Origin: an uncultured Elusimicrobia bacterium
GTDB lineage: Bacteria; Elusimicrobiota; Elusimicrobia; UBA1565; UBA9628
Length of the DNA stretch: 64,000 nt
Reading direction: 5' to 3'
Assembly (NCBI GenBank): GCA_965283875.1
Contig: CBDIQC010000001.1
Span: forward strand, 1,086,378 to 1,150,377
Both the position numbers and the translations under genes were made by a program. The stretch's first letter is position 1. Every line of letters starts with the position of its first letter. This document shows, piece by piece, positions 38,285 through 46,683 of the stretch. The notes beneath the pieces were generated by a model. It had not been told where the DNA came from. It did no database searches and saw nothing but the letters and a program-made list of their open reading frames with translations.

Positions 38285-39166
38285 TTAGAAACGCCAGCCG
38301 AGGTCGAAGCGGTGGGCGCGGCCGAGCTCGCCCATCGGCTTGATGGCGTAATCGACGCGCAGCGCGCCGAACTCGACGCCCAGGCCGAAGGCGAGGCCTT
38401 TGGCCGCATCGAGGCTGGACCCGCCGCCGACGGCGCCTTTGGTTGAGTAACCGCCGCGCAGCGCCACGCCGGGTCGCGCCGTCCACTCCGCGCCGAAGCC
38501 GGCGTCGTTTTGTCCCACGCGCGGGCGGTATTCGTAGTCGAGCCCCAGGCGCAACGCGTCGCGTTTCCAAGACAGGCCCGCGGCCGTAGCCAGCGGCAGG
38601 TCGTTAGTCTGGTCTCGGTAACGCAGGCCGGGGCCGAGGTTGCGTACGGCCGCGGCGGCCGTGAAGTCGCCGATGACTCGCGAGAAGCCGACGTCGGCCG
38701 CGAGGCCTTGCGCCTCGGCCTCGGCGATGTGCGAGCGCAGATATTTGACCGTCGCGCCCAACGAACCCGCGTCGTGCTTGCGAGCGTAGCCGAATGCCAA
38801 CGCAGCGTCCGAGGCGCCGAAATTCCCGGTGGGACGCCCCGCCGCGTCGCGCCCAGACAGGTTTCCGTGGCTGAGATAGGTGAACGCCGCGCCGATGGCG
38901 CCGCCCATAGCGGGGTGTGCGTAGCCGCCGTAGTCCAGGCGCGTGGAGTCTGCTAGTTCGGCGTGCGTGAACACGGCGTCGCGTTTCTCAAGCACCGCGA
39001 TTCCCGCGGGATTCCAGTAAATCGCCGTAGCGTCGGCGGCCATCGCCGTGCCCGCGCCGCCCAACGCCACGGCGCGTGCGCCCACGGGCAATTCCAGAAA
39101 CGAAGCCGTCTCCGCGGCGCGAAGACCGGCCGGCGCGAACAGAAGGGCGAGAAGCAAGCCCCTCAT
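38285..39166 (-). CDS. T9SS-associated outer-membrane beta-barrel protein, PorV/PorP(SprF) family-like
   Basis: signal peptide; N-terminal FLELPVGARAVALGGAGTAMAADATAIYWNPAGIA (NPAG motif), C-terminal aromatic residue (…DLGWRF); ATGA-coupled directly downstream of the CTD-cargo gene. Confidence 0.55.
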   Translation of the reverse strand: MRGLLLALLFAPAGLRAAETASFLELPVGARAVALGGAGTAMAADATAIYWNPAGIAVLEKRDAVFTHAELADSTRLDYGGYAHPAMGGAIGAAFTYLSHGNLSGRDAAGRPTGNFGASDAALAFGYARKHDAGSLGATVKYLRSHIAEAEAQGLAADVGFSRVIGDFTAAAAVRNLGPGLRYRDQTNDLPLATAAGLSWKRDALRLGLDYEYRPRVGQNDAGFGAEWTARPGVALRGGYSTKGAVGGGSSLDAAKGLAFGLGVEFGALRVDYAIKPMGELGRAHRFDLGWRF

Positions 39167-42100
39167 TTGATCACCCCGACTTTACCGCGCGTCGTCACGT
39201 CGCCTCGACCGGCCCGTTTGGCGACGATGACGTAGTGATAGACGCCTGAGGCGACGCCCGACACGTTCCAAACGTGGTCGTAAGTGTGTTGTGCGCCTTT
39301 GCCGTTGCCGTCATCGAAGGAGGCCGACAAGGCGAAGTTGGAAGACGAGTGGATTTTGCGGCCCGCCAAGTCGTACACGCGTACTTCCACCGAATCCGCC
39401 AGGCCCGGCTGCACGCGGAAGGTGACCGCCGCGCCCGAGCGCGATGGATTGGGGAAGGCGTAGTGGTCGCGCAAGCCGAAGTCATCGACGGCTGCAACGC
39501 CGATGCCGGGGGCCAGGGGCTGGTAAAGCGAGAAATGGTCGGTGCGGGCGATGAGCACACGACGGGCCGCATCTACCTGGGTGGGCAGCGGCGTCCAGGT
39601 CCGCGCCGCCGGATCGAAGTAGTGGACGGCGAGGGTCGCCGGCGGGCCGCCGGGGAACAGTGACGGGTCGTAGGGCAGTTCGATGGTGACAGGAACGGAA
39701 AAACGCGTGCCCTCCGGGCCGAACTCGATGGGCTCGCCTGCCGCGCCCAGGCCTTCTCGCGCGAGCGCGGCCGCGCGAGCCGCCTTGTGGCTGTCGCGGT
39801 CGCGAGCGACCGTGATGACGGCGTCGGCTTCGAGCGCGCCGGGCGGCACGGTCACGGCGGCCTGCGCGGGCGTCTCGACGCGTCCGCCCTCCTCGGCGGG
39901 CAAGTTGAGACCGCCTTCGAAGTTCATATCGGGTTGGGCCGACAGCGCCGAGAAACCCGACAAGGCGGCGGGGCCGAAGGTCGTGCCCTTGGTGAACTCG
40001 ACGGGCGCGCTTGAAACGGAGCCGCCGGCGGGATGGCGAGCGACGATCACCTCATGCGGACCGTCGGGTAGGCTTGCGGGCACGGTCCAGCGGATCGTGG
40101 CGTCGTTCCATACCGACACGGTCACCGTGCTGCCGCCCACGAGCAGGCGCGTGGCCGCCCCCGCGTAAGGTCCGAAGCCATGCCCGGTCACGGTGACCAC
40201 GGTCCCCGTCGGCCCGAAAGACGGCGTGATGCTCGATATAGTCGGCAGGAGCACCGCAAAGTCGAACGGCGCGGCAGCCGAGACGGCCGCCCCCACCGCG
40301 CGTTCGACAACGACGCTCACCGTGCCCGTTGATAAGACGCCGGGCACCGTGCCCTTGATAGTCGAATCATTCCACACCGAGATGGGCGCGACCACGCCGC
40401 CGAACTTAACGCGCGTATTGGCGCCCGCGTAGGGACCGAAAGCCGTACCTGTGAGGGTGAACGGCGCGCCGATAGGCGCCGAAGACGGCTCGACGCTTTG
40501 AACGTCGAGCGCCAGCACCGTGAAGGTCGAGGCCTCGCTGTCGGTCGGCGTCCCGGCCTGTAGGCGGCGCACCAGCAACGGGTGCTCGCCGGCTTCAAGC
40601 GCCGGAACAGTGCCTTTGATGGTCGTGTCGTTCCACACCGACACGGCCGCCGTGACCGTTCCGAACAAAACGAGCGTATTGGCCCCGCCGTAGGTCCCGA
40701 AGCCCGCGCCCGTGAGGGTAAAGGGCACGCCGATGGCGCCCGACGACGGGGTCAAAGCGTTCACGGTCGGGGTCAACACTTCAAAATAGACGGTGTTGCT
40801 GGCCTGTAGGCCCGTGCCCGCTCGGCGTTCGAGCCACAACGGGTGCGCGCCCGCGGGAAGGGTCAGAACCGTCCCGGTGATGGTCGTGTCGTTCCACACC
40901 GACACCGGTACTGTCGCCCCGCCCAGAAGCAAACGCGTGTTAGTCACGGCGTAGGGACCAAATCCCGCGCCGTTTAAGGTGAAGCTCACACCCGCCGGGC
41001 CTGAAGACGGCGTGGGCGCCGTCAAAACGAGCTCGGTCAAGGTGAACGCTCCTGCGTTGCTCATGGACAGTCCTGAGCCCGAGACGCGTTCGACCGTGAC
41101 GGCGTGCGCGCCCGGCGTCAGCAAGGGGATGGTGCCCGTGATGGTGGAGTCGTTCCACACCGACACCGGCGCCGTCGTGCCGCTAAACAACACCCGTGTG
41201 TTGGCCCCGCCGTAAGCTCCGAATCCAGCGCCCGTGACGGTGAAGGGCACGCCCACGGGCCCGGAAGACGGCGTGACCGAATTTATGAACTGGCCCACGA
41301 CTTGGAACTCGACGGTGGCGGAACGCGACAACGCGCCGGCGTAGGCGCGTTCGACAAGCAACGGATAAGTCCCCGTGGGCAGCGACCCCGGCACCGTGCC
41401 CTTGATGGTCGCGTCGTTCCACACCGACACGGCCGCCGTCGCCCCGCCAAGCAAGACCCGCGTATTGGCCCCGCCGTACGGGCCGAAGCCGTGTCCGGCC
41501 AATGTGAAAATCGCTCCGATGGCGCCCGATGAAGGACTCAAAGACGCGATGACGGGCGTGAGCACCTCGAAATACGCGGTATTACTGGACTGCAGGCCCG
41601 CGCCCGAGCGGCGTTCGATCCACAACGACTGAATGCCCGCTGCGACGGCCGGAACCACACCCGAAATGACCGCATCGTTCCATACCGACACGGCCACGGT
41701 CGCCCCGCCCAGCAAAAGCCGCGTGTTGGCGCCCGCGTAAGGCCCGAAACCGGAGCCCGTCAAGGTGAACGGCGCGCCAATCGGCGCTGAAGACGGCACG
41801 GGCGGGGGCAGCGCCAACTCGGTTAAAGTGAAGGTCGTAGGCAGGCTTAACTCCTCGCCGCCGCCTTGCGCGCGGCGCACCACCACCGCGTAAGCCCCCG
41901 TGGAGAGAGACGGCACCGTGCCCTTGATGGTCGTGTCGTTCCACACCGATACGGCGGCCGCCGTCGAGCCGAAGAAGACCTGGGTGTTCGCCCCGCCATA
42001 GGCGCCGAACCCCGCCCCCGTCAGAGTGAAGGGTACGCCGATTGGACCCGTCGAAGGCGTGAGCGCGGAGACGGCGATGCCCGAGACTTGGAAATACACC

Positions 42101-45100
42101 GTGTTCGAGCGCGCCAGGCCGCCGTCCCCGGTTTGACGTTCCACTGATAGGTCGTATACGCCGGGTTCAAGCGTCCCAGGCACGGTGCCCACGATACGCG
42201 CGTCGTTCCAAATCGACACCGGCGTCGTGGCCCCGCCGATAAGCACCCGCGTGTTGCTCCCGCCATAAGGCCCGAAGGCCGCCCCGTCCAGCGTGAAGGT
42301 CGCGCCGATGGGCCCCGACGACGGCGCCACCGCCACCACCGTGGGCGTCAGCACCGTGAATACGCCTAAAGACGCCGTCACCGTCGCGCCGTCCTGCAGC
42401 GCCGTCAGCGAGAGCGGGTAATCCCCGCTCGCCAGCCCCGGCACGGTGGCCGTGACCTGCGCGTCGTTCCAAACGGACACCGATGCCGCGACCGTGCCGA
42501 AGCGCAAAGCGGTCAGCGGCGGCGTCCATACGCCGAACCCGGACCCAAGGATGGTAATGGGTTGCCCTATCGGGCCGGAGGAACGGCTGACTGAGGCGAC
42601 CACGGGTCCGTAGTTGACCGTGATCGTCACCGACGAGATTCCCGTTTCGTTTCCAACCGAGTCCGTCGCCAGGTAATAAATCGTGTGGGAGCCGGGACTA
42701 AGAGTGAAAGGTCCGGAATAGACGCTGTTCGCGCAAGTGCCTGGCGCCGCCGCAGAGCTCTCTTCGACCCCGTCGCATGATTCCGGACTCGCGTCGATAA
42801 GAAAGTTCAACTCGCTTAGTCCTGACGACGCTCCGGCGACGTCCGGGTCCGTCGCGTCGAACTCGAACGTTCCGCCGGGGCCTTCGCTGAGCGTCACGGT
42901 GGGAGGCGTCCGGTCGACGTAGATGGTGCTCGAAACCAAGGTTTCGAAATTTCCGGCCCGATCTCTCGCGCCGAATACGATGTCGCGCCGACCTTCCGAC
43001 AGCGTAAGAGTCGAAGCGTAACGGTCGAACATGCCGGCGCTGGCGGCGTTGAGGCCGGTCGCGACGAGGGTCGAAGACGGGTCGACGGCGTAATAGACGG
43101 CGAGCACGCCGGAGTCGTTATCCACGCTGTTGAGGGACAGCGTCGCGGCAGGGCTTACGTAAAGCCGCCCGATTCCATCGATAAAGCGCCCGCGCTCGCC
43201 GAATAAAGCGACGTCGAGCGTCGTTGCCGGGGCGGCCGTGTCAGCCGGAACGAGCCCGGTGGCGATGAAAATCGCGAACGGGGAGGCGGACGTGCTGTGC
43301 CCGGACACGCGCCGCCCTGAAGTATCCACCCCGATAGTCACGTCTTCCCAGCCGCCGCCCGCGAGAAGATGGAACACCTTGAGATGTTGGCCGAGGCTCG
43401 TCGGCACCTGCTGTAGATACGGAATGTCGATGCTGATGCCATCGTTGACCGCCGCTTCGAGGATTAAATCGATACCGCGATCGGCGGGCATGCCCGGAGG
43501 AGTACGGTATCCCGGAGGCGGAGTGACGGGAAAATCATCCACCATGGCGACGCGGCCGCCAGGCGCGCTCACGTCATGCAGGGTCACGCCGACGCCGTTC
43601 AAGTTTAAGGTGATGTTCTGCCCGGGACCGGCGACGAAAGACGGCACGTCTCTACGCGCCGCTCCGCCAAGAGCGTCGATGGTGATTCCGACGTCCGCGC
43701 TCCCGGTCACCATGAACTCGAGTTGGCCGCCCACGAGGATGTCCGGCCCGACCTCGGTCAGGGGCGGCTGCCCTCCGACTTCCTCGCTCGTTAACTGGGC
43801 AATCATGAAGGTGCCAGGTAGCTGCCCGCCCACCAGATTGATGACGGCATCCTTCGGGTCGGCGCTGCTGGCCCAACGTCCCCAGACGGTCGCGCTGCCG
43901 GTGTTTCCCACGAGCCGTACTCTTCGAATCCAGTTGGCGATCTCGCCGGTCCCGCTCAACGTCGTCCAGCCCGCGCCTTCCGTCAGCAAGCGGTCATCCA
44001 GCTTGAGGCGGTACAAGGATATCGGGTTGAAGTCGCTCGCCAAGGTCGCCGCATCCGCCGCGCTGATGTTTCGCGTCGTCTCGCCCATGATAAGCACCGT
44101 ATGGGGCGCGTTCGATATGAAAAACGTCTGGCTGAGACTTTCGTCGCCGCGAGTGGTCGGCGCGGACGACAGGTCGATGTCCATGCCGAACTGCGCGATG
44201 CCGGAGCCGTCGTCCGAGGCGACGACGGGCGCCTCGACTTGAAGGGTCATGCCGGGCTCCGTGCCGACCATCACGGGAACGCGGGTGATTCGAAGGGAGT
44301 AGTCCACGGTAGGCGGCTTGCTGTCCACGTTGAACGGCAGCATGGTCTGATTGCCTTGTCGGTCGCGCACCAGCAGGTTATACGCGGGTCCTTCTTCGCC
44401 CGCCGCGAAAGACGGGTGATCTTCGAGGATGCGCGCGTCAACCGACGTAAACATGGTCTGAGTCGGATATTCCGCCTTAAGCTCCAGCGGCGGCGGCGTG
44501 TTTCTGGTTATAGTCGTGTCCAGCACCCCGGACAGGTCGTCCGTCAGTTCAAAGCGCAGGCCGTTGAGGCCGCCTTCGTCCGAAATCAAACCGTTGCTGA
44601 GCCAATGCGCCTGTCCTTGGGGTCCTGTAAATGGGCCGGGCGTCGGCCCTAATTTGCGGCCGCCGGACACGCCCTCCGTGATGGCGATGGTGGGCGGCGT
44701 GTTATCTTCGCCGACACGAATGTTCACCTCACGCGCGACGCGTCTTCCGGCGCGGTCTAGCACCTCGATGGTGAGCAGGAATTCATCATCCCCGACCATG
44801 AACGGCGCTAACGGCGCGTTTAATCCGATGACGAGCTGATGCTCCAGTTCGTCCGGCGTCGCGTCCTCCGGCACGCTGACGTTGAGCGGTATGTCGTTCC
44901 CATCGATTCGCGCCGTGAAAGCGGAGGTTGACGCGTAGTCGAATCCGCTGTATTCGTCACGCATCCGGACGAACAGATTGACGGGCGATGATGGCGCGAA
45001 AACGTCGCCGGACAAGGGCTCGACTATTTCGAAGACGGGATCTTTGGCGTCCACCCGAATCGTGACGGTCGAGGTGTTGCCGACCGCATCGTCCACGGAG

Positions 45101-45747
45101 ACAGCCCATTCTCCGGACGGGAGGTCCGGCACTCCTCCGCCCGGCGGCAACTGCGCGGTCCCGCTTTCTTGGGGCGGCGCTAGTTCGACCACGTAAGGTT
45201 CTCGCCCCGCGGGGAATTCGCCCAGGGGCGTGGCCGTGAAGCGTTTGATGAAGGTGCCGGAATCAGCCGCGTTCACATAGAGCGGCGTATAGAGGACGTA
45301 GCCGGCCGCGCTAGTGGGCACGAGGTCACCGAGCAAATCGAGCACCGTGACCGTGGGCGCCGTGTTGTCCACGTGGAAAAGCAACGACTCGTTGAAGCTC
45401 TCGAGACCCGGTATGAGGTTCTTCGTCACCGCGTCTAAGCCGAAATTGAACGTTCGCAATCCGTCTTGCGCCGACGCGGTGACCGCGTAATTGACGGCGA
45501 AGGTGCGGATTACTCCGGGCGCGATATCATCCGTAGCGGGCGTCACGGACACGTTGAACCCGAAAGGCGCCTCGTAGATCGCGCCGGCGCCGATGACGGA
45601 GCCCGTGCTCGCGTTGCTGTTTGCGAGCGGGAAGAAGATATCGCCCGCGTCGCCCGCGCGCACGAGGATGGCGGCGGCGCGCGCGTCCGAAGGGACCAGT
45701 CCCGCCAGAATCCCTAAAGCGATTAACACGGCTGCTCGGCTCAGCAT
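39163..45747 (-). CDS. giant (2194 aa) cell-surface protein: signal peptide, Ig/cadherin-like N-terminal region, ~14 IPT/TIG repeats, C-terminal T9SS sorting domain (CTD)
   Basis: repeated ~85-aa units PSSGPIGxPFTLTGxGFGxYGGANTRVLxGGxxAxVSVWNDxxIxGTVP; C-terminus ...VEVRVYDLAGRKIHSSS...GVASGVYHYVIVAKRAGRGDVTTRGKVGVIK matches Por secretion tail pattern. Confidence 0.75.
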   Translation of the reverse strand: MLSRAAVLIALGILAGLVPSDARAAAILVRAGDAGDIFFPLANSNASTGSVIGAGAIYEAPFGFNVSVTPATDDIAPGVIRTFAVNYAVTASAQDGLRTFNFGLDAVTKNLIPGLESFNESLLFHVDNTAPTVTVLDLLGDLVPTSAAGYVLYTPLYVNAADSGTFIKRFTATPLGEFPAGREPYVVELAPPQESGTAQLPPGGGVPDLPSGEWAVSVDDAVGNTSTVTIRVDAKDPVFEIVEPLSGDVFAPSSPVNLFVRMRDEYSGFDYASTSAFTARIDGNDIPLNVSVPEDATPDELEHQLVIGLNAPLAPFMVGDDEFLLTIEVLDRAGRRVAREVNIRVGEDNTPPTIAITEGVSGGRKLGPTPGPFTGPQGQAHWLSNGLISDEGGLNGLRFELTDDLSGVLDTTITRNTPPPLELKAEYPTQTMFTSVDARILEDHPSFAAGEEGPAYNLLVRDRQGNQTMLPFNVDSKPPTVDYSLRITRVPVMVGTEPGMTLQVEAPVVASDDGSGIAQFGMDIDLSSAPTTRGDESLSQTFFISNAPHTVLIMGETTRNISAADAATLASDFNPISLYRLKLDDRLLTEGAGWTTLSGTGEIANWIRRVRLVGNTGSATVWGRWASSADPKDAVINLVGGQLPGTFMIAQLTSEEVGGQPPLTEVGPDILVGGQLEFMVTGSADVGITIDALGGAARRDVPSFVAGPGQNITLNLNGVGVTLHDVSAPGGRVAMVDDFPVTPPPGYRTPPGMPADRGIDLILEAAVNDGISIDIPYLQQVPTSLGQHLKVFHLLAGGGWEDVTIGVDTSGRRVSGHSTSASPFAIFIATGLVPADTAAPATTLDVALFGERGRFIDGIGRLYVSPAATLSLNSVDNDSGVLAVYYAVDPSSTLVATGLNAASAGMFDRYASTLTLSEGRRDIVFGARDRAGNFETLVSSTIYVDRTPPTVTLSEGPGGTFEFDATDPDVAGASSGLSELNFLIDASPESCDGVEESSAAAPGTCANSVYSGPFTLSPGSHTIYYLATDSVGNETGISSVTITVNYGPVVASVSRSSGPIGQPITILGSGFGVWTPPLTALRFGTVAASVSVWNDAQVTATVPGLASGDYPLSLTALQDGATVTASLGVFTVLTPTVVAVAPSSGPIGATFTLDGAAFGPYGGSNTRVLIGGATTPVSIWNDARIVGTVPGTLEPGVYDLSVERQTGDGGLARSNTVYFQVSGIAVSALTPSTGPIGVPFTLTGAGFGAYGGANTQVFFGSTAAAVSVWNDTTIKGTVPSLSTGAYAVVVRRAQGGGEELSLPTTFTLTELALPPPVPSSAPIGAPFTLTGSGFGPYAGANTRLLLGGATVAVSVWNDAVISGVVPAVAAGIQSLWIERRSGAGLQSSNTAYFEVLTPVIASLSPSSGAIGAIFTLAGHGFGPYGGANTRVLLGGATAAVSVWNDATIKGTVPGSLPTGTYPLLVERAYAGALSRSATVEFQVVGQFINSVTPSSGPVGVPFTVTGAGFGAYGGANTRVLFSGTTAPVSVWNDSTITGTIPLLTPGAHAVTVERVSGSGLSMSNAGAFTLTELVLTAPTPSSGPAGVSFTLNGAGFGPYAVTNTRLLLGGATVPVSVWNDTTITGTVLTLPAGAHPLWLERRAGTGLQASNTVYFEVLTPTVNALTPSSGAIGVPFTLTGAGFGTYGGANTLVLFGTVTAAVSVWNDTTIKGTVPALEAGEHPLLVRRLQAGTPTDSEASTFTVLALDVQSVEPSSAPIGAPFTLTGTAFGPYAGANTRVKFGGVVAPISVWNDSTIKGTVPGVLSTGTVSVVVERAVGAAVSAAAPFDFAVLLPTISSITPSFGPTGTVVTVTGHGFGPYAGAATRLLVGGSTVTVSVWNDATIRWTVPASLPDGPHEVIVARHPAGGSVSSAPVEFTKGTTFGPAALSGFSALSAQPDMNFEGGLNLPAEEGGRVETPAQAAVTVPPGALEADAVITVARDRDSHKAARAAALAREGLGAAGEPIEFGPEGTRFSVPVTIELPYDPSLFPGGPPATLAVHYFDPAARTWTPLPTQVDAARRVLIARTDHFSLYQPLAPGIGVAAVDDFGLRDHYAFPNPSRSGAAVTFRVQPGLADSVEVRVYDLAGRKIHSSSNFALSASFDDGNGKGAQHTYDHVWNVSGVASGVYHYVIVAKRAGRGDVTTRGKVGVIK

Positions 45748-45820
45748 CCGCGGCCTATATAACCCCGTGGGGGCGGTATGTCAATCAATTTCAAATACAA
45801 CCTTCGCTCCTTGCGCGACC

Positions 45821-45849
45821 TTGCGGGAATCCGGTTGAGGCCTTATAAT
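45821..45849 (+). promoter_or_regulatory. putative sigma70 promoter TTGCGG-17-TATAAT for response-regulator gene
   Basis: read directly; about 22 nt upstream of ATG 45872. Confidence 0.3.
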
Positions 45850-45871
45850 CTCGCTCACATCACTCCTTAAT

Positions 45872-46622
45872 ATGGCTAAGCCTCCTCTTGAACCGTCACC
45901 GCGAATCGCCGAGGTCGTACACATCGAAGACGATCCGGATTGGTCGAGCCTCGTCGGCCGATGGGTGCGGCAAATAAGGACTCACCTTCCATTCTGTCCG
46001 CTCCCGCGACGAGCTTAAAGCCTATCTGAGCCGCGTGGAGTCTGCGCCGCGCTGCGTCATCATCGACGCGGGCCTTGGCGCTGACAGCGGACTGGACCTT
46101 TGCGAGAGGCTCAAGGATTCTCCGAGCCTCCAGGCCGCTCCGATTATCGTGTTGACGGGGGGCGGCGTATCAAGCGATGAGTGTCTGAAACGCGGCGCCC
46201 TCCAAGTCGTTTTGAAGGACGGGCGGACAGAACAGTCCTTAAACGCGGTGCTGGGCGCGGTATTAGACCAGCATGAACGCTCGCGCGGTGTTGTGCAAGC
46301 GGGTGATTTGAACCTCGATCCGAGGGAGCGCACGGTTACGGCGACTAACGGTCGAGCCGTCGTGTTGGCGCCAGGCCTATTCGCCGCTTTTATGAGACTG
46401 GTGTCGCTCACCCCGGAGACGGTTGCGGACATCGAGCTTTATACGGCCTTCATCGAGCGTCGTCCCTACGACAAGCGCGACCATGAGTTGTCCGTCAGGG
46501 GCACTCTTCGCAATTACGTCTCACGACTACGCGGCGAGTTGGGGCCGGTCATCGGCGCGCGCATCATGAGGCGTCCTGCCGGCTATGCGTACGTTCCGGC
46601 CAACCCCGTGCCGCGGCTATAG
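45872..46622 (+). CDS. OmpR-family (winged-helix) response regulator, receiver domain interrupted by frameshift near 45970-45980
   Basis: MAKPPLEPSPRIAEVVHIEDDPDW... (receiver start) runs into stop at 46017; continuation ...GLTFHSVRSRDELKAYLSRVESAPRCVIIDAGL... in another frame (stop at 45975 upstream) joins ORF 46035..46622 with trans_reg_C-like C-terminus. Confidence 0.55.
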
Positions 46623-46645
46623 CCGATTGATGTATTTGAAATTGA

Positions 46646-46674
46646 TTGACAGCCCCCGGGCGCGGGGCTATATA
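46646..46674 (+). promoter_or_regulatory. strong consensus-like sigma70 promoter TTGACA-17-TATATA directly upstream of RHS1; transcript would be leaderless or nearly so
   Basis: ttgaca 46646-51, tatata 46669-74, ATG 46684; the same ggggctatataggtgttcgcATG block recurs before RHS3 (56416-56437). Confidence 0.5.
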
Positions 46675-46683
46675 GGTGTTCGC

